Shown in pieces: positions 1-8,518 of a stretch of 32,000 bases of DNA; positions within the stretch are counted from its first letter, which is position 1, and the number at the start of each line of letters is the position of its first letter. The stretch spans positions 1,560,001 through 1,592,000 of the forward strand of contig NC_017459.1 of NCBI RefSeq assembly GCF_000237865.1, given 5' to 3'. Source of the DNA: Haloquadratum walsbyi C23 (lineage in GTDB: Archaea; Halobacteriota; Halobacteria; Halobacteriales; Haloferacaceae). The position numbers and the translations under genes are program-made. The notes beneath the pieces were generated by a model. The model had not been told where the DNA came from and ran no database searches. It worked only from the letters and a program-made list of their open reading frames with translations.

Positions 1-101
1 ACTAAATATATATACTATAAAATAAAACCCACGAGTTCACGAATTGCAATTACCATGAATATGAATGCTATCATCACGATTAGTGATTTTTCCTAATATT
101 G

Positions 102-1376
102 CTAGATATTATTGCTATCGCTGGAATCACTATCAATCTGGTCAGTATAATGGGTGAGATCAGAAACGCCCTCGAATGCTTGCTTATCGAGACATGGCTC
201 AACTGAATTGACAATCTCATTCATAATTGTGTACGGGTCGGTCTCACCTCGACGGACTGCCTCTGCAAGCACGTCAACACTGCTCGTTGCATTAAGTCTC
301 GTTTCTATGAGTTGATTGATATCTCCTCGAAGGAGTGTCCGGATTTCCTCAGCGTAACGCTGTCGTGCCTGCTCAGCCTTCTCACCAGAGTGTTTCAGAT
401 ATGTCCGATGCTCTGCGAATTCTTCAATGACCGTTTCAATGCCGGATCCTTCCGTTGCAACTGTCTCAATGATTGGCTTTGACCATGGTGACACTGTCTC
501 ATGATTGTTTTCCTCTGGAGTGATGTTCGATGTATCAGTCTGATGAGTCGCCAAATCAGCAGATTTTGACTTTGACTCTGTTTGTGCATGCCCTCCACCA
601 TCCATTCCAGCACCTACTGTTGTCCCTGAGTGATTATTCTGACCATTAGTGTCCATTGTTGACGATCCAGAAGTACTCATAACACCGTGATGACCACTTG
701 TATCACGAGATGTTTGCTTTCCTTCACCAAGATGAACCATCTCACGGAGTTCTTGGACGGTCCTATCAGCCCCATCGCGGTCAGCTTTATTCACAATGAA
801 CACATCTGCGATTTCAAGAATGCCTGCCTTCAGCGTCTGCACATCATCACCCGAACCGGGCGGTACCAACACAGCCACCGTATCGGCGGTTTGGACAATA
901 TCGATTTCATTTTGTCCTGCACCCACAGTTTCAATAATAATTTTATCTTTCCCAAAGGCGTCCATTGCTTTGACAGCGTCTGCAGTTGCTGTTGAGAGAC
1001 CACCAAGCGCTCCACGAGCGCTCATTGACCGGACAAATACATCCATATCACCGACTGTTGATGCCATTCTAATTCGGTCGCCGAGAACAGCACCACCGGT
1101 GAATGGTGAAGAGGGATCGATTGCAATAATTCCCACAGTCTCATCACGGGCACGATACGCCTCTGCAAGTTTATCAACAAGCGTCGATTTCCCTGCGCCT
1201 GGGCTTCCCGTTATTCCGATAACATCTGCATTACCAGTGTGTGAATATAACGCTGAGACAAGCGATTGATACCCTGTCTCACGGTTTTCGATCTTTGAGA
1301 TGGTGCGTGCGAGCGCGCGGTGCTCACCTGCGAGTAACGATTCAAGTAATGATTCATCACTTGCATTCATACTCAT
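102..1376 (-). CDS. meaB: MeaB/ArgK-type G-protein chaperone of methylmalonyl-CoA mutase, carrying a low-complexity insertion
   Basis: 424-aa ORF. It has the P-loop GSPGAGKST, an ETVGAGQ switch region and the NKAD guanine-specificity motif. Its start overlaps the stop of the upstream B12-binding subunit gene by 4 nt. An approximately 80-aa S/T/G/H/N-rich insert lies between the G domain and the C-terminal helices. Confidence 0.85.
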   Translation of the reverse strand: MSMNASDESLLESLLAGEHRALARTISKIENRETGYQSLVSALYSHTGNADVIGITGSPGAGKSTLVDKLAEAYRARDETVGIIAIDPSSPFTGGAVLGDRIRMASTVGDMDVFVRSMSARGALGGLSTATADAVKAMDAFGKDKIIIETVGAGQNEIDIVQTADTVAVLVPPGSGDDVQTLKAGILEIADVFIVNKADRDGADRTVQELREMVHLGEGKQTSRDTSGHHGVMSTSGSSTMDTNGQNNHSGTTVGAGMDGGGHAQTESKSKSADLATHQTDTSNITPEENNHETVSPWSKPIIETVATEGSGIETVIEEFAEHRTYLKHSGEKAEQARQRYAEEIRTLLRGDINQLIETRLNATSSVDVLAEAVRRGETDPYTIMNEIVNSVEPCLDKQAFEGVSDLTHYTDQIDSDSSDSNNI

Positions 1377-1789
1377 CGCTGTGGCGCGTTTTCACGAATA
1401 AATTCAACTGTTTCATCGATTGAGGTTCCTGGACCGAAAATCGCAGCAATTCCATGATCTCTCAGATCATCGCGGTCCTCCTCAGGAATCACACCGCCAG
1501 CAAGAACAAGTGTCTCTGATTTAGCGCCGTACTCTTCAAGTCCATTCATAATCTTTGGAACAAGTGTCTTATGTGCCCCAGAGAGGATGGAGATACCAAG
1601 AACATCAACATCCTCTTGCACAGCTGCTTGAACAATTTCTTCAGGTGCTTTGTGTAATCCAGAGTAAATAACCTCGAACCCAGCATCACGGAACGCTCGG
1701 GCAACAACATGAGCACCCCGGTCATGCCCATCGAGTCCGACTTTCGCGATCATGCATCGGACGCTCTGTTGTTTGTTTTCTGTGCTCAT
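1373..1789 (-). CDS. Methylmalonyl-CoA mutase small (cobalamin-binding) subunit
   Basis: B12-binding signature DGHDRG (DxHxxG), then ILSGAH (SxL) and AGGVIP (GG). The size is typical of the archaeal stand-alone B12 domain. The ATG at 1789 (MSTENK) is preferred over the TTG at 1798 used by the ORF track. Confidence 0.85.
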   Translation of the reverse strand: MSTENKQQSVRCMIAKVGLDGHDRGAHVVARAFRDAGFEVIYSGLHKAPEEIVQAAVQEDVDVLGISILSGAHKTLVPKIMNGLEEYGAKSETLVLAGGVIPEEDRDDLRDHGIAAIFGPGTSIDETVEFIRENAPQR

Positions 1790-2080
1790 GTCTAACAATA
1801 CCCGAGCATACCGTATGACTTTATCGGATTATCATGTCTGACAGCCTTCTCGCAACCGGCAGGAATTGTTCAGTGGTTGAATATTTAATAATATATAAAT
1901 GACAACTGGTTGAGTGACTCGTGGCTTTTGTAATTCGGTTTAACTCCGTCTGCTCCCGCAAATGGAGCGATCCAAAGGGTTGGGTGAGCGAGAAGAATAC
2001 TGACTTCGCCAGACGACTGATTTTCTGAGTTGTGCGCACAAACGAAAGGATTAGGTGAGTACTACACCGACGCCCGCTTG

Positions 2081-2944
2081 ATGACACGTGATATCGAATC
2101 TGTCGAACGGATTGGCGTTGTCGGGGCAGGCACAATGGGCAGTGGGATTGCACAAGTGACAGCAGCGGCAGGGTATGACGTTGTCTTGCGAGATATTAAG
2201 ACTGAATTCGTTGAAGATGGACTTGTAGCTATTGCTGACCGACTTGATCGCGATGTCGAAGCCGAACGCCGAAGCGAGAGTGAAACAGCAATGATACAGG
2301 ACCGTATCACTGGTACAACGGCGCTTGATGACCTCACAACATGTGATCTCATTATCGAAGCAGCCGTCGAGGATATGGATATTAAACAGGACATTTTCAG
2401 TGATCTTGATGAAATGACAAATAACGATACTGTGTTGGCAACAAATACAAGCACGTTATCAATTACGAGCATTGCAAGTATCACAGAATATCCTGACCGC
2501 GTCATTGGTATTCATTTCATGAATCCTGTCCCTGTAATGGACGGTGTTGAACTTGTTGCCGGAGAACGAACCGCTGATGACGTCCTATCGTTCGCTCAGT
2601 CATTTATTAACATACTTGGAAAAGAAGCATGGGTTTCTGATGACAAACCGGGATTTGTGACAAATCGGATTCTCATGCCATGGATTAATGAGGGGATCCG
2701 TGCATATGATGAAGATGTTGCAACAAAGGAAGATATTGATAAGGGGATGACACTTGGAACGAATGCTCCGATGGGACCACTGACGCTTGCAGATCATATT
2801 GGATTGGATATCTGTTTGCATGCGACTGAAACCCTATATAATGAATTTGGTGATCGATATAAGCCAGCATACCTTCTCAAGCGAAAGGTCGAAGCTGGTG
2901 ATCTTGGAAAAAAGACCGGTCGTGGATTTTATGATTATGATTGA
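2081..2944 (+). CDS. hbd: 3-hydroxybutyryl/3-hydroxyacyl-CoA dehydrogenase (NAD-dependent)
   Basis: Rossmann motif GVVGAGTMGSGIA close to the N-terminus when the ATG at 2081 is used. The C-terminal 3HCDH-like region ends in GRGFYDYD, a typical family C-terminus. About 288 aa. Confidence 0.85.
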   Translation: MTRDIESVERIGVVGAGTMGSGIAQVTAAAGYDVVLRDIKTEFVEDGLVAIADRLDRDVEAERRSESETAMIQDRITGTTALDDLTTCDLIIEAAVEDMDIKQDIFSDLDEMTNNDTVLATNTSTLSITSIASITEYPDRVIGIHFMNPVPVMDGVELVAGERTADDVLSFAQSFINILGKEAWVSDDKPGFVTNRILMPWINEGIRAYDEDVATKEDIDKGMTLGTNAPMGPLTLADHIGLDICLHATETLYNEFGDRYKPAYLLKRKVEAGDLGKKTGRGFYDYD

Positions 2945-3080
2945 GCACGCAATATTCACAGTTGGAGTATAAATTACGAGAAGAGATATTCAGTCCCCGC
3001 TAGCATTATTGGGTGATCCTGATGAACCATCGTAAACGACCACGGGTCGGGTGACCCCTGGCTTTTCTCATTCCCTCAGC

Positions 3081-3917
3081 CTACGTCTTAGAAAAAATCG
3101 AAACAAGATCAGCTTCTGTGACCGGGTGAGCGGTAGAATCAACGCCAATATCGTGCGCTATGCGGACCGCTGTTGGTGGGCGAAGATTTGCTTTATTTAA
3201 TAGCTCATCATCATAGAATACCGCTTGTGGTGTGTCACTCTCAATGATATTACCATCAGCCATCACGCAGACACGATCGGCGATTTCAGCGGCGAATTCT
3301 AGATCATGTGTCGATAACACGACGCTGATACCCTCCTGGTGAATCTGTCGGATTCGTTTAGCGACTAATCGTGATCGCTCGGGGTCAAGACCAGCGAGTG
3401 GCTCATCAAGGACGACCACGCTAGGATTCAAAACAAGCACACCGGCGAGACCAATGAGGCGTTTTTCACCGCCGCTGAGATAGTGTGGGATCCGGTCTTC
3501 AAGATGTGACGCATCAACTGTCGCCAGTGCTTCGCGGGCACGACGCTCGGCCTCCTCACCGGTTATGCCGTAGTTTTGCAGACCGAACAACACATCATCT
3601 AAAACCGTGGGCGCTACTAATTGTGTATCGGCGTCTTGGAAGACAAATCCAACTGCCTTCCGGGCATGCGCTTTATTATCCTCAGTGATTGCAGTTCCAT
3701 CGACAATTAATTCGCCCTCATCAGGAACAAGAGTGGCGTTCAGGTGTTCAAGCAATGTCGATTTGCCGGCGCCATTCCCACCGACAAGTGCGACCACCTC
3801 ATTCGGATACACAGAAAAGTCAATTTCATGCATTCCAACGGTGCCGTCAGGATAGGTATGAGCCTCACATTGAAGATCAACCAGCGGCGTCCGTTCCCCT
3901 GAGTGATCCGCAGTCAT
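3081..3917 (-). CDS. cbiO: ECF/cobalt transporter ATP-binding protein
   Basis: Walker A GGNGAGKST, ABC signature LSGGEKR, Walker B VVVLDEP. It overlaps the upstream T-component gene by 4 nt. Confidence 0.8.
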   Translation of the reverse strand: MTADHSGERTPLVDLQCEAHTYPDGTVGMHEIDFSVYPNEVVALVGGNGAGKSTLLEHLNATLVPDEGELIVDGTAITEDNKAHARKAVGFVFQDADTQLVAPTVLDDVLFGLQNYGITGEEAERRAREALATVDASHLEDRIPHYLSGGEKRLIGLAGVLVLNPSVVVLDEPLAGLDPERSRLVAKRIRQIHQEGISVVLSTHDLEFAAEIADRVCVMADGNIIESDTPQAVFYDDELLNKANLRPPTAVRIAHDIGVDSTAHPVTEADLVSIFSKT

Positions 3918-4729
3918 ACCGGAATCACCTCATAAACGACGATGAGCGCGTAAATAACGACACCACTGTAGCAAGAGCCAATAATGACGACCTCACTGGC
4001 AGGTGGTCGTGAGACATCACCATATAACGTAATATCACCGTCATAACCGCGAGCTTCCATCGATTTGACCAGTCGCTCGGAGCGTTCAATTGCAGTCAGT
4101 AACGTCATCCCGAGAATTCGGGCATAGGTGCGACGGTTCGCCCAGAAATCAGAGAGAGACGCCCCGCGAGCGAGGACACCTTTTACCAGGTCTTCAAGCG
4201 TCTCAATCATGACAAACGTGAATCGATAGGTGAGTAATGCGACCTGATCGATTGGTCGCGGAAGTAACCGACCGAGTAGGTAGGCGATATCAGCGTATCG
4301 AGTCGTCATCGTTGTAGTTAATGTAAATGTTACAACCGTAAGTGATCGGCAGGTCAACTCACCGAACAACGAGGCGCCTGCCCACGTGACCGAGAGTCTA
4401 CCAACGGGGGTAGCGAGTGCTTCACCAATTGGTACCCCTGGCTCAAGAAACGCCAACGGTCCCGCAACTGAGACGATGAATAATAATGGCAGTGTATACC
4501 AATAGATAAGCCGACGATATGGAAGTCCGGCAACACCATATGTTACCAGTATCACAGCATAGAGCCCTGCAAGGACGGTGAGCGTATCAATGATTGTCAC
4601 GGCAAAGACAAGCGCGCCAACTATGCCAACTTTTGTCCATGGATTGACCCGATGAAGGGGTCCCTCTTGATGTTCAGCGTACGCGGTGATGAGTCGTGGA
4701 TCCGGGACGTGGTTTGAGAGTGTCGTCAC
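3914..4729 (-). CDS. cbiQ: ECF transporter transmembrane (T) component, CbiQ family
   Basis: 271-aa polytopic membrane protein with the C-terminal ERSERLVKSMEARGY motif, as I recall for CbiQ/EcfT. It sits between cbiN-like and cbiO. GTG start. Confidence 0.7.
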   Translation of the reverse strand: MTTLSNHVPDPRLITAYAEHQEGPLHRVNPWTKVGIVGALVFAVTIIDTLTVLAGLYAVILVTYGVAGLPYRRLIYWYTLPLLFIVSVAGPLAFLEPGVPIGEALATPVGRLSVTWAGASLFGELTCRSLTVVTFTLTTTMTTRYADIAYLLGRLLPRPIDQVALLTYRFTFVMIETLEDLVKGVLARGASLSDFWANRRTYARILGMTLLTAIERSERLVKSMEARGYDGDITLYGDVSRPPASEVVIIGSCYSGVVIYALIVVYEVIPV

Positions 4730-4734
4730 GATTA

Positions 4735-5055
4735 TTAAGCCGTACGTTCAGAGTCGTCGAGCCTGCCGGACCGACTCACATATACATATAACCCGATCCC
4801 GAAACCGACGAGGAGAATAACAATACCGAGGAATTCGAGCATCATACCACCTTTCCGAATCGGACCAGCGACAAGGACTCCACGACTGAGGTCGATGAGC
4901 GCCCCACCGCCATCTCGTGCGCCGCGCTGGAGTGCCTGCGCAGAGCGTTTCGCCCATGGAAGTGCGCCGCCAGTTGAGGTGAACCCCCAAAGACCAGCGG
5001 CAAGACAGACTGCAAATAATCCAGCGAGTCCACCATACTGTTTCCAGCGATTCAT
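4735..5055 (-). CDS. Small two-TM membrane protein in the CbiN position of the cobalt transporter operon
   Basis: 106 aa, with one hydrophobic helix near each end, as in CbiN. Its ATG overlaps the cbiM stop by 1 nt (TAATG). I could not align CbiN motifs by eye, so the assignment is positional and topological only. Confidence 0.45.
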   Translation of the reverse strand: MNRWKQYGGLAGLFAVCLAAGLWGFTSTGGALPWAKRSAQALQRGARDGGGALIDLSRGVLVAGPIRKGGMMLEFLGIVILLVGFGIGLYVYVSRSGRLDDSERTA

Positions 5056-5735
5056 TAGGCTGTCACCCCAGCAGAGTCCTCAGTCGTGGTTCGGTCAACA
5101 AGACCAATGAGGTCAGGTCGGACGGAGACAAGAAATTGGACAACAAAGCCAGTTAAAATCCCTTCAATGACGGCAACCCCAAGATTGAGCCCGACCAACC
5201 CGGCGACCGCGATTGTCAGGTCGCCACGGGGGAGGGCACTGCCGTTGACACCGCTAATGACGATGATTGCACCCATCAAGATCGCACCAGCTGAAAGCCC
5301 AAGGGTCGCTGCGCCGGTACTGGCAGGGAAACTGTCCCAGTCCATCCGAAGCAGTGCTTTAAATATATAGTAGGCAACAATGGCTTCAGAGGCGTTGACC
5401 AGCGTGTTTGCGCCGAGTAGACCAACAGCACCATGACCCAGTGCTGCTGAGAAAATATTGACCACAAGAGCAATCAGTGCGCCGAGCAGCGGTCCGGCAA
5501 GAATACCGACAAGACCGGTAAGGTTCATATGAATACCACCCCAGACGGGAATATTCAATTGGAAGATTGCAAAACTTGCTGCCGCTCCGATTCCAGCAAG
5601 AGCGATTTGATGGGTCTTGATACTGTCCTTGCGGATCCGGTAAACAACGACGCTGATGAGTGCAACACCAACGGTCGTCCACAGGGCAAGTGCCCAGAGA
5701 GGAAACGAGCCTTCGCCAAGATGAATATGTGCCAT
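5055..5735 (-). CDS. cbiM: Cobalt/nickel ECF transporter substrate-capture component, CbiM family
   Basis: 226-aa polytopic membrane protein. The N-terminus MAHIHLGEG resembles the metal-binding MHIxEG N-terminus of CbiM/NikM. It is the first gene of the M-N-Q-O order. Confidence 0.75.
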   Translation of the reverse strand: MAHIHLGEGSFPLWALALWTTVGVALISVVVYRIRKDSIKTHQIALAGIGAAASFAIFQLNIPVWGGIHMNLTGLVGILAGPLLGALIALVVNIFSAALGHGAVGLLGANTLVNASEAIVAYYIFKALLRMDWDSFPASTGAATLGLSAGAILMGAIIVISGVNGSALPRGDLTIAVAGLVGLNLGVAVIEGILTGFVVQFLVSVRPDLIGLVDRTTTEDSAGVTA

Positions 5736-5889
5736 CTCTATTTTACTAATTCAGCATCTAGATATAATAATGTTGGCTTTGTTTAGAGAATAATATAGTA
5801 ACAATTCAATTATTAGAGGATCTTGTTGCTAATATGTCCTCCAAGTAATGCACATAGTCTTTTTATGCAATCTCAATAATATATGTAGT

Positions 5890-7056
5890 ATGGGTCACCC
5901 ACGAGTAGCAGGCGTTGGGCTCACACACTTCGGGAAGCATCCTGAACGCACGACACGCGATATGTTTGCAGAAGCTGGTCTCACGGCTCTTGATGACGCT
6001 GGAGTCGACACAGACGACATTGAGGGGGTTTTCTATGGAAATTTCATCGGTGAGGTTTCTGAGGACCAAGGACACATGGGACCAATTTCGGCAGAGGCGC
6101 TCGGTATTGACGCCCCTGCAACGCGAATTGAGAGCGCATGTGCATCTTCAGGTGTTGCTGTGCGTGAAGCGATCAAAAATGTACGTTCTGGCGAATCCGA
6201 TGCAGTGATTGTCGGCGGTGCTGAGCGGATGAATAATCTTGGGACTGCTGAAACAACAGCATCACTCGCGCTTGCTGCAGATGACTTGTATGAAGTCCGT
6301 GTTGGGATTACTTTCCCTGGTGCATACGCCCTGATGGCAGATGCATACTTTGAGGAATACGGTGGCTCAAGAGAGGATCTTGCGCATATCGCACAGAAAA
6401 ATCACGAAAATGCCGTTGATAATGAGTTTGCACAGTTCCAATATGAAATTGATATCGATGATGCGCTTGATGCGCCACCAGTGGCAGAGCCACTGCATCT
6501 GTATGATGCGTGTCCGGTGACTGATGGAGCCGCAGCAGCGGTCATCGTCAGTGAGGAATATGCTGAAAACAATGATCTTGATATTCCTGTCCGTGTGACA
6601 GGGTCTGGACAGGGCTCAGATAATCTTGCCCTGCAAGATCGCGAGTATCTTACACAGACCCCAGCAGCGACTAATGCTGCGGATGAAGCCTTTGATGACG
6701 CTGCGATTGGTCCTGATGATGTTGATGTCGCAGAGGTACATGATTGCTTTACAATCGCAGAAGTTCTTGCACTCGAATCAATGGGAATCTTTGACCATGG
6801 CGACGGAATTAACGCTGCACGTCGCGGTGATACACTTCCTGAGGGTGACATCCCAGTCAACCTCTCTGGTGGACTCAAAGCAAAAGGACATCCTGTTGGG
6901 GCAACAGGTGCCGCACAGATCGCAGAAATGACACGGCTACTGCGTGGTGACCATCACAATAGTGAGTATGTTTCCGATGCTTCCGTTGGAATAACACACA
7001 ATGCTGGTGGAACCGTCGCAAGCACTGTTGTTCATGTTCTGGAGGTGGACCAATGA
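5890..7056 (+). CDS. Archaeal thiolase (beta-ketothiolase catalytic subunit, BktB/PhaA alpha-type)
   Basis: Active-site Cys context IESACASSG, plus GHPVGATGAAQ and HNAGG motifs of the thiolase fold. The ATG at 5890 gives the MGHPRVAGVG N-terminus typical of archaeal thiolases. It overlaps the DUF35 gene by 4 nt. Confidence 0.8.
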   Translation: MGHPRVAGVGLTHFGKHPERTTRDMFAEAGLTALDDAGVDTDDIEGVFYGNFIGEVSEDQGHMGPISAEALGIDAPATRIESACASSGVAVREAIKNVRSGESDAVIVGGAERMNNLGTAETTASLALAADDLYEVRVGITFPGAYALMADAYFEEYGGSREDLAHIAQKNHENAVDNEFAQFQYEIDIDDALDAPPVAEPLHLYDACPVTDGAAAAVIVSEEYAENNDLDIPVRVTGSGQGSDNLALQDREYLTQTPAATNAADEAFDDAAIGPDDVDVAEVHDCFTIAEVLALESMGIFDHGDGINAARRGDTLPEGDIPVNLSGGLKAKGHPVGATGAAQIAEMTRLLRGDHHNSEYVSDASVGITHNAGGTVASTVVHVLEVDQ

Positions 7057-7439
7057 GTGACGTTGGCGATGCTGGATACGATGAATTGCTTGAGGCAATT
7101 GATGCAGGTGATGGATACTATCTTGAGTGCGAGAACGAACATGGATCGTTGCCGCCACGACGTGTTTGTCCACATTGTGGTTCGACCGATATCAAAGAAG
7201 TATCACTCCCTGATACAGGCGAAGTTGTTGCGCACACGAAGGTTCATGTTCCAACTCCACGGTTTAGCGAGGACGCTCCATATGATGTTGTGATCGTTGA
7301 TTACGGACAGGTGCAATTGACAGGTCAACTCGCTGGTGCTGATGATGATATTGCACATGGACTTGACGTGACAGTGCAACTCGGTGAGGCAACAAAAACC
7401 GGTGAGCCTGTTGTGACGTTTGTTCCAGCTGAGACATAA
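7053..7439 (+). CDS. DUF35 OB-fold/zinc-ribbon protein (thiolase small subunit, BktB/PhaA beta-type)
   Basis: 128 aa with a zinc-ribbon-like segment C-x3-H...CPHCGS followed by an OB-fold-sized region. It is translationally coupled to the thiolase. This pairing is the known two-subunit haloarchaeal ketothiolase architecture. Confidence 0.75.
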   Translation: MSDVGDAGYDELLEAIDAGDGYYLECENEHGSLPPRRVCPHCGSTDIKEVSLPDTGEVVAHTKVHVPTPRFSEDAPYDVVIVDYGQVQLTGQLAGADDDIAHGLDVTVQLGEATKTGEPVVTFVPAET

Positions 7440-7604
7440 CACGCGCTTAGCATTCAGACGTTTTCTCAGCTCGCACGTTTTTGATTTAATTCCGAGAGCA
7501 CAATCGCTTCCTCAAAAAATGAACGAAGTGAACAAATAGTATCAAAAATTGCGTGGTGAATCGCCTCGGGGCATTCTCCTTGTGTATCTGTGAACAATAG
7601 AAAC

Positions 7605-8351
7605 TCAAAGGTCCATTGCACCATTCACATCGATAACCTCGCCTGAAATATATGATGCCTCTTCACTTGCAAGGAACTTCACAACATGTGAAATATCCTC
7701 AACTTCACCAAATCGACTCATTGGGATATCATCTTTAATTGAGTTTTTGACCGTATCGGGAACATCTGTGAGCATATCAGTTTTCGTGAATCCTGGCGCA
7801 ACCGAGTTCGCTGTTGACCCTGAGGAGGCAAGTTCAAGGGCGAGCGTACGCGTAAATCCAAAAATACCCGATTTTGAGGTTGCATAGTTCGCCTGTCCAA
7901 AGTTACCCTGTTTGCCGACAATTGAGGAGATATTGATCAGTCGACCTTGATTTGAGGATTTAATATCACTAAAAAAAACCTTTGTTGCATTGAATGTCCC
8001 ATTAAGATTCACATCGATGACCGACTTCCACTGATCAGGTGTCATCTTTTCGAACGTTGTATCCTTGGTAATACCAGCATTGTTAATCAGAATATCAACT
8101 GCTCCGAAATTGTCATGGACTCGATCACGCATCGACTTGATGGCTGAAAAATCAGTGACATCTGCTTGAGCGGTAATTGCAGTACCGCCGGCATCACGAA
8201 TCGTCTCAACAACATCATTTGCCTCTGCCTTTGATGATCGGTAATTAACTGCTACATTAGCTCCTTCATCAGCCAGTTCCTCGGCAATGCCGCGACCAAT
8301 ACCTCGCGACGCACCTGTAACAACGCAGGTTCTATTTTCGAGGTTCATCAT
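7605..8351 (-). CDS. phaB: SDR-family acetoacetyl-CoA reductase (PhaB-like; FabG family)
   Basis: TGASRGIGRGIA cofactor motif, NNAG, and catalytic YATSK (YxxxK). 248 aa. It lies between the ketothiolase pair and phaC. Confidence 0.7.
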   Translation of the reverse strand: MMNLENRTCVVTGASRGIGRGIAEELADEGANVAVNYRSSKAEANDVVETIRDAGGTAITAQADVTDFSAIKSMRDRVHDNFGAVDILINNAGITKDTTFEKMTPDQWKSVIDVNLNGTFNATKVFFSDIKSSNQGRLINISSIVGKQGNFGQANYATSKSGIFGFTRTLALELASSGSTANSVAPGFTKTDMLTDVPDTVKNSIKDDIPMSRFGEVEDISHVVKFLASEEASYISGEVIDVNGAMDL

Positions 8352-8518
8352 TGTTGGAATCCTGCTGTCCAGTTATTCGTTCAGCAGATAATTAATATGA
8401 TGATACCATGGTCATAATATTTGGGTAACATATACTAAAATATATAATCTCATGTATGAAAATCAGATATACTGTTATCTGATATAATCGCTGGTTAGTA
8501 TGAGAGAAACTAAGCTTA

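Noticed and set aside
796-1269. 157-aa plus-strand ORF, with neighbouring ORFs 687..995, 830..1015 and 395..613, overlapping meaB
   Set aside because: It is antisense or out of frame to a gene with clear P-loop/NKAD motifs. The Ser/Thr/Pro/Ala-rich, non-acidic composition is typical of shadow ORFs.
1821-2153. 110-aa minus-strand ORF in the mutase/hbd divergent spacer
   Set aside because: It is basic and Cys/Ser/Arg-rich, overlaps the hbd 5' end and spans the AT-rich promoter region. It is very unlikely to be coding.
2062-2505. 147-aa minus-strand ORF antisense to hbd. Similar long antisense ORFs lie at 6402..6878, 12010..12246, 14819..15280, 27993..28337, 29487..30026 and 31045..31518.
   Set aside because: Each lies entirely inside a motif-supported gene on the other strand. 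Each has Ser/Arg/Thr-rich, low-acidity composition unlike the rest of this proteome.
4748-5110. Three overlapping alternative-frame ORFs (4748..4990 -, 4842..5036 -, 4895..5110 +) over the cbiN-like gene
   Set aside because: They are products of locally high G+C. The frame kept is the one with two clear TM helices and start/stop coupling to cbiM and cbiQ.
5736-5889. Possible cobalamin riboswitch upstream of cbiM
   Set aside because: The leader is only ~150 nt, very AT-rich and shared with the divergent thiolase promoter. No B12-box-like or GC-rich multi-helix core is visible.
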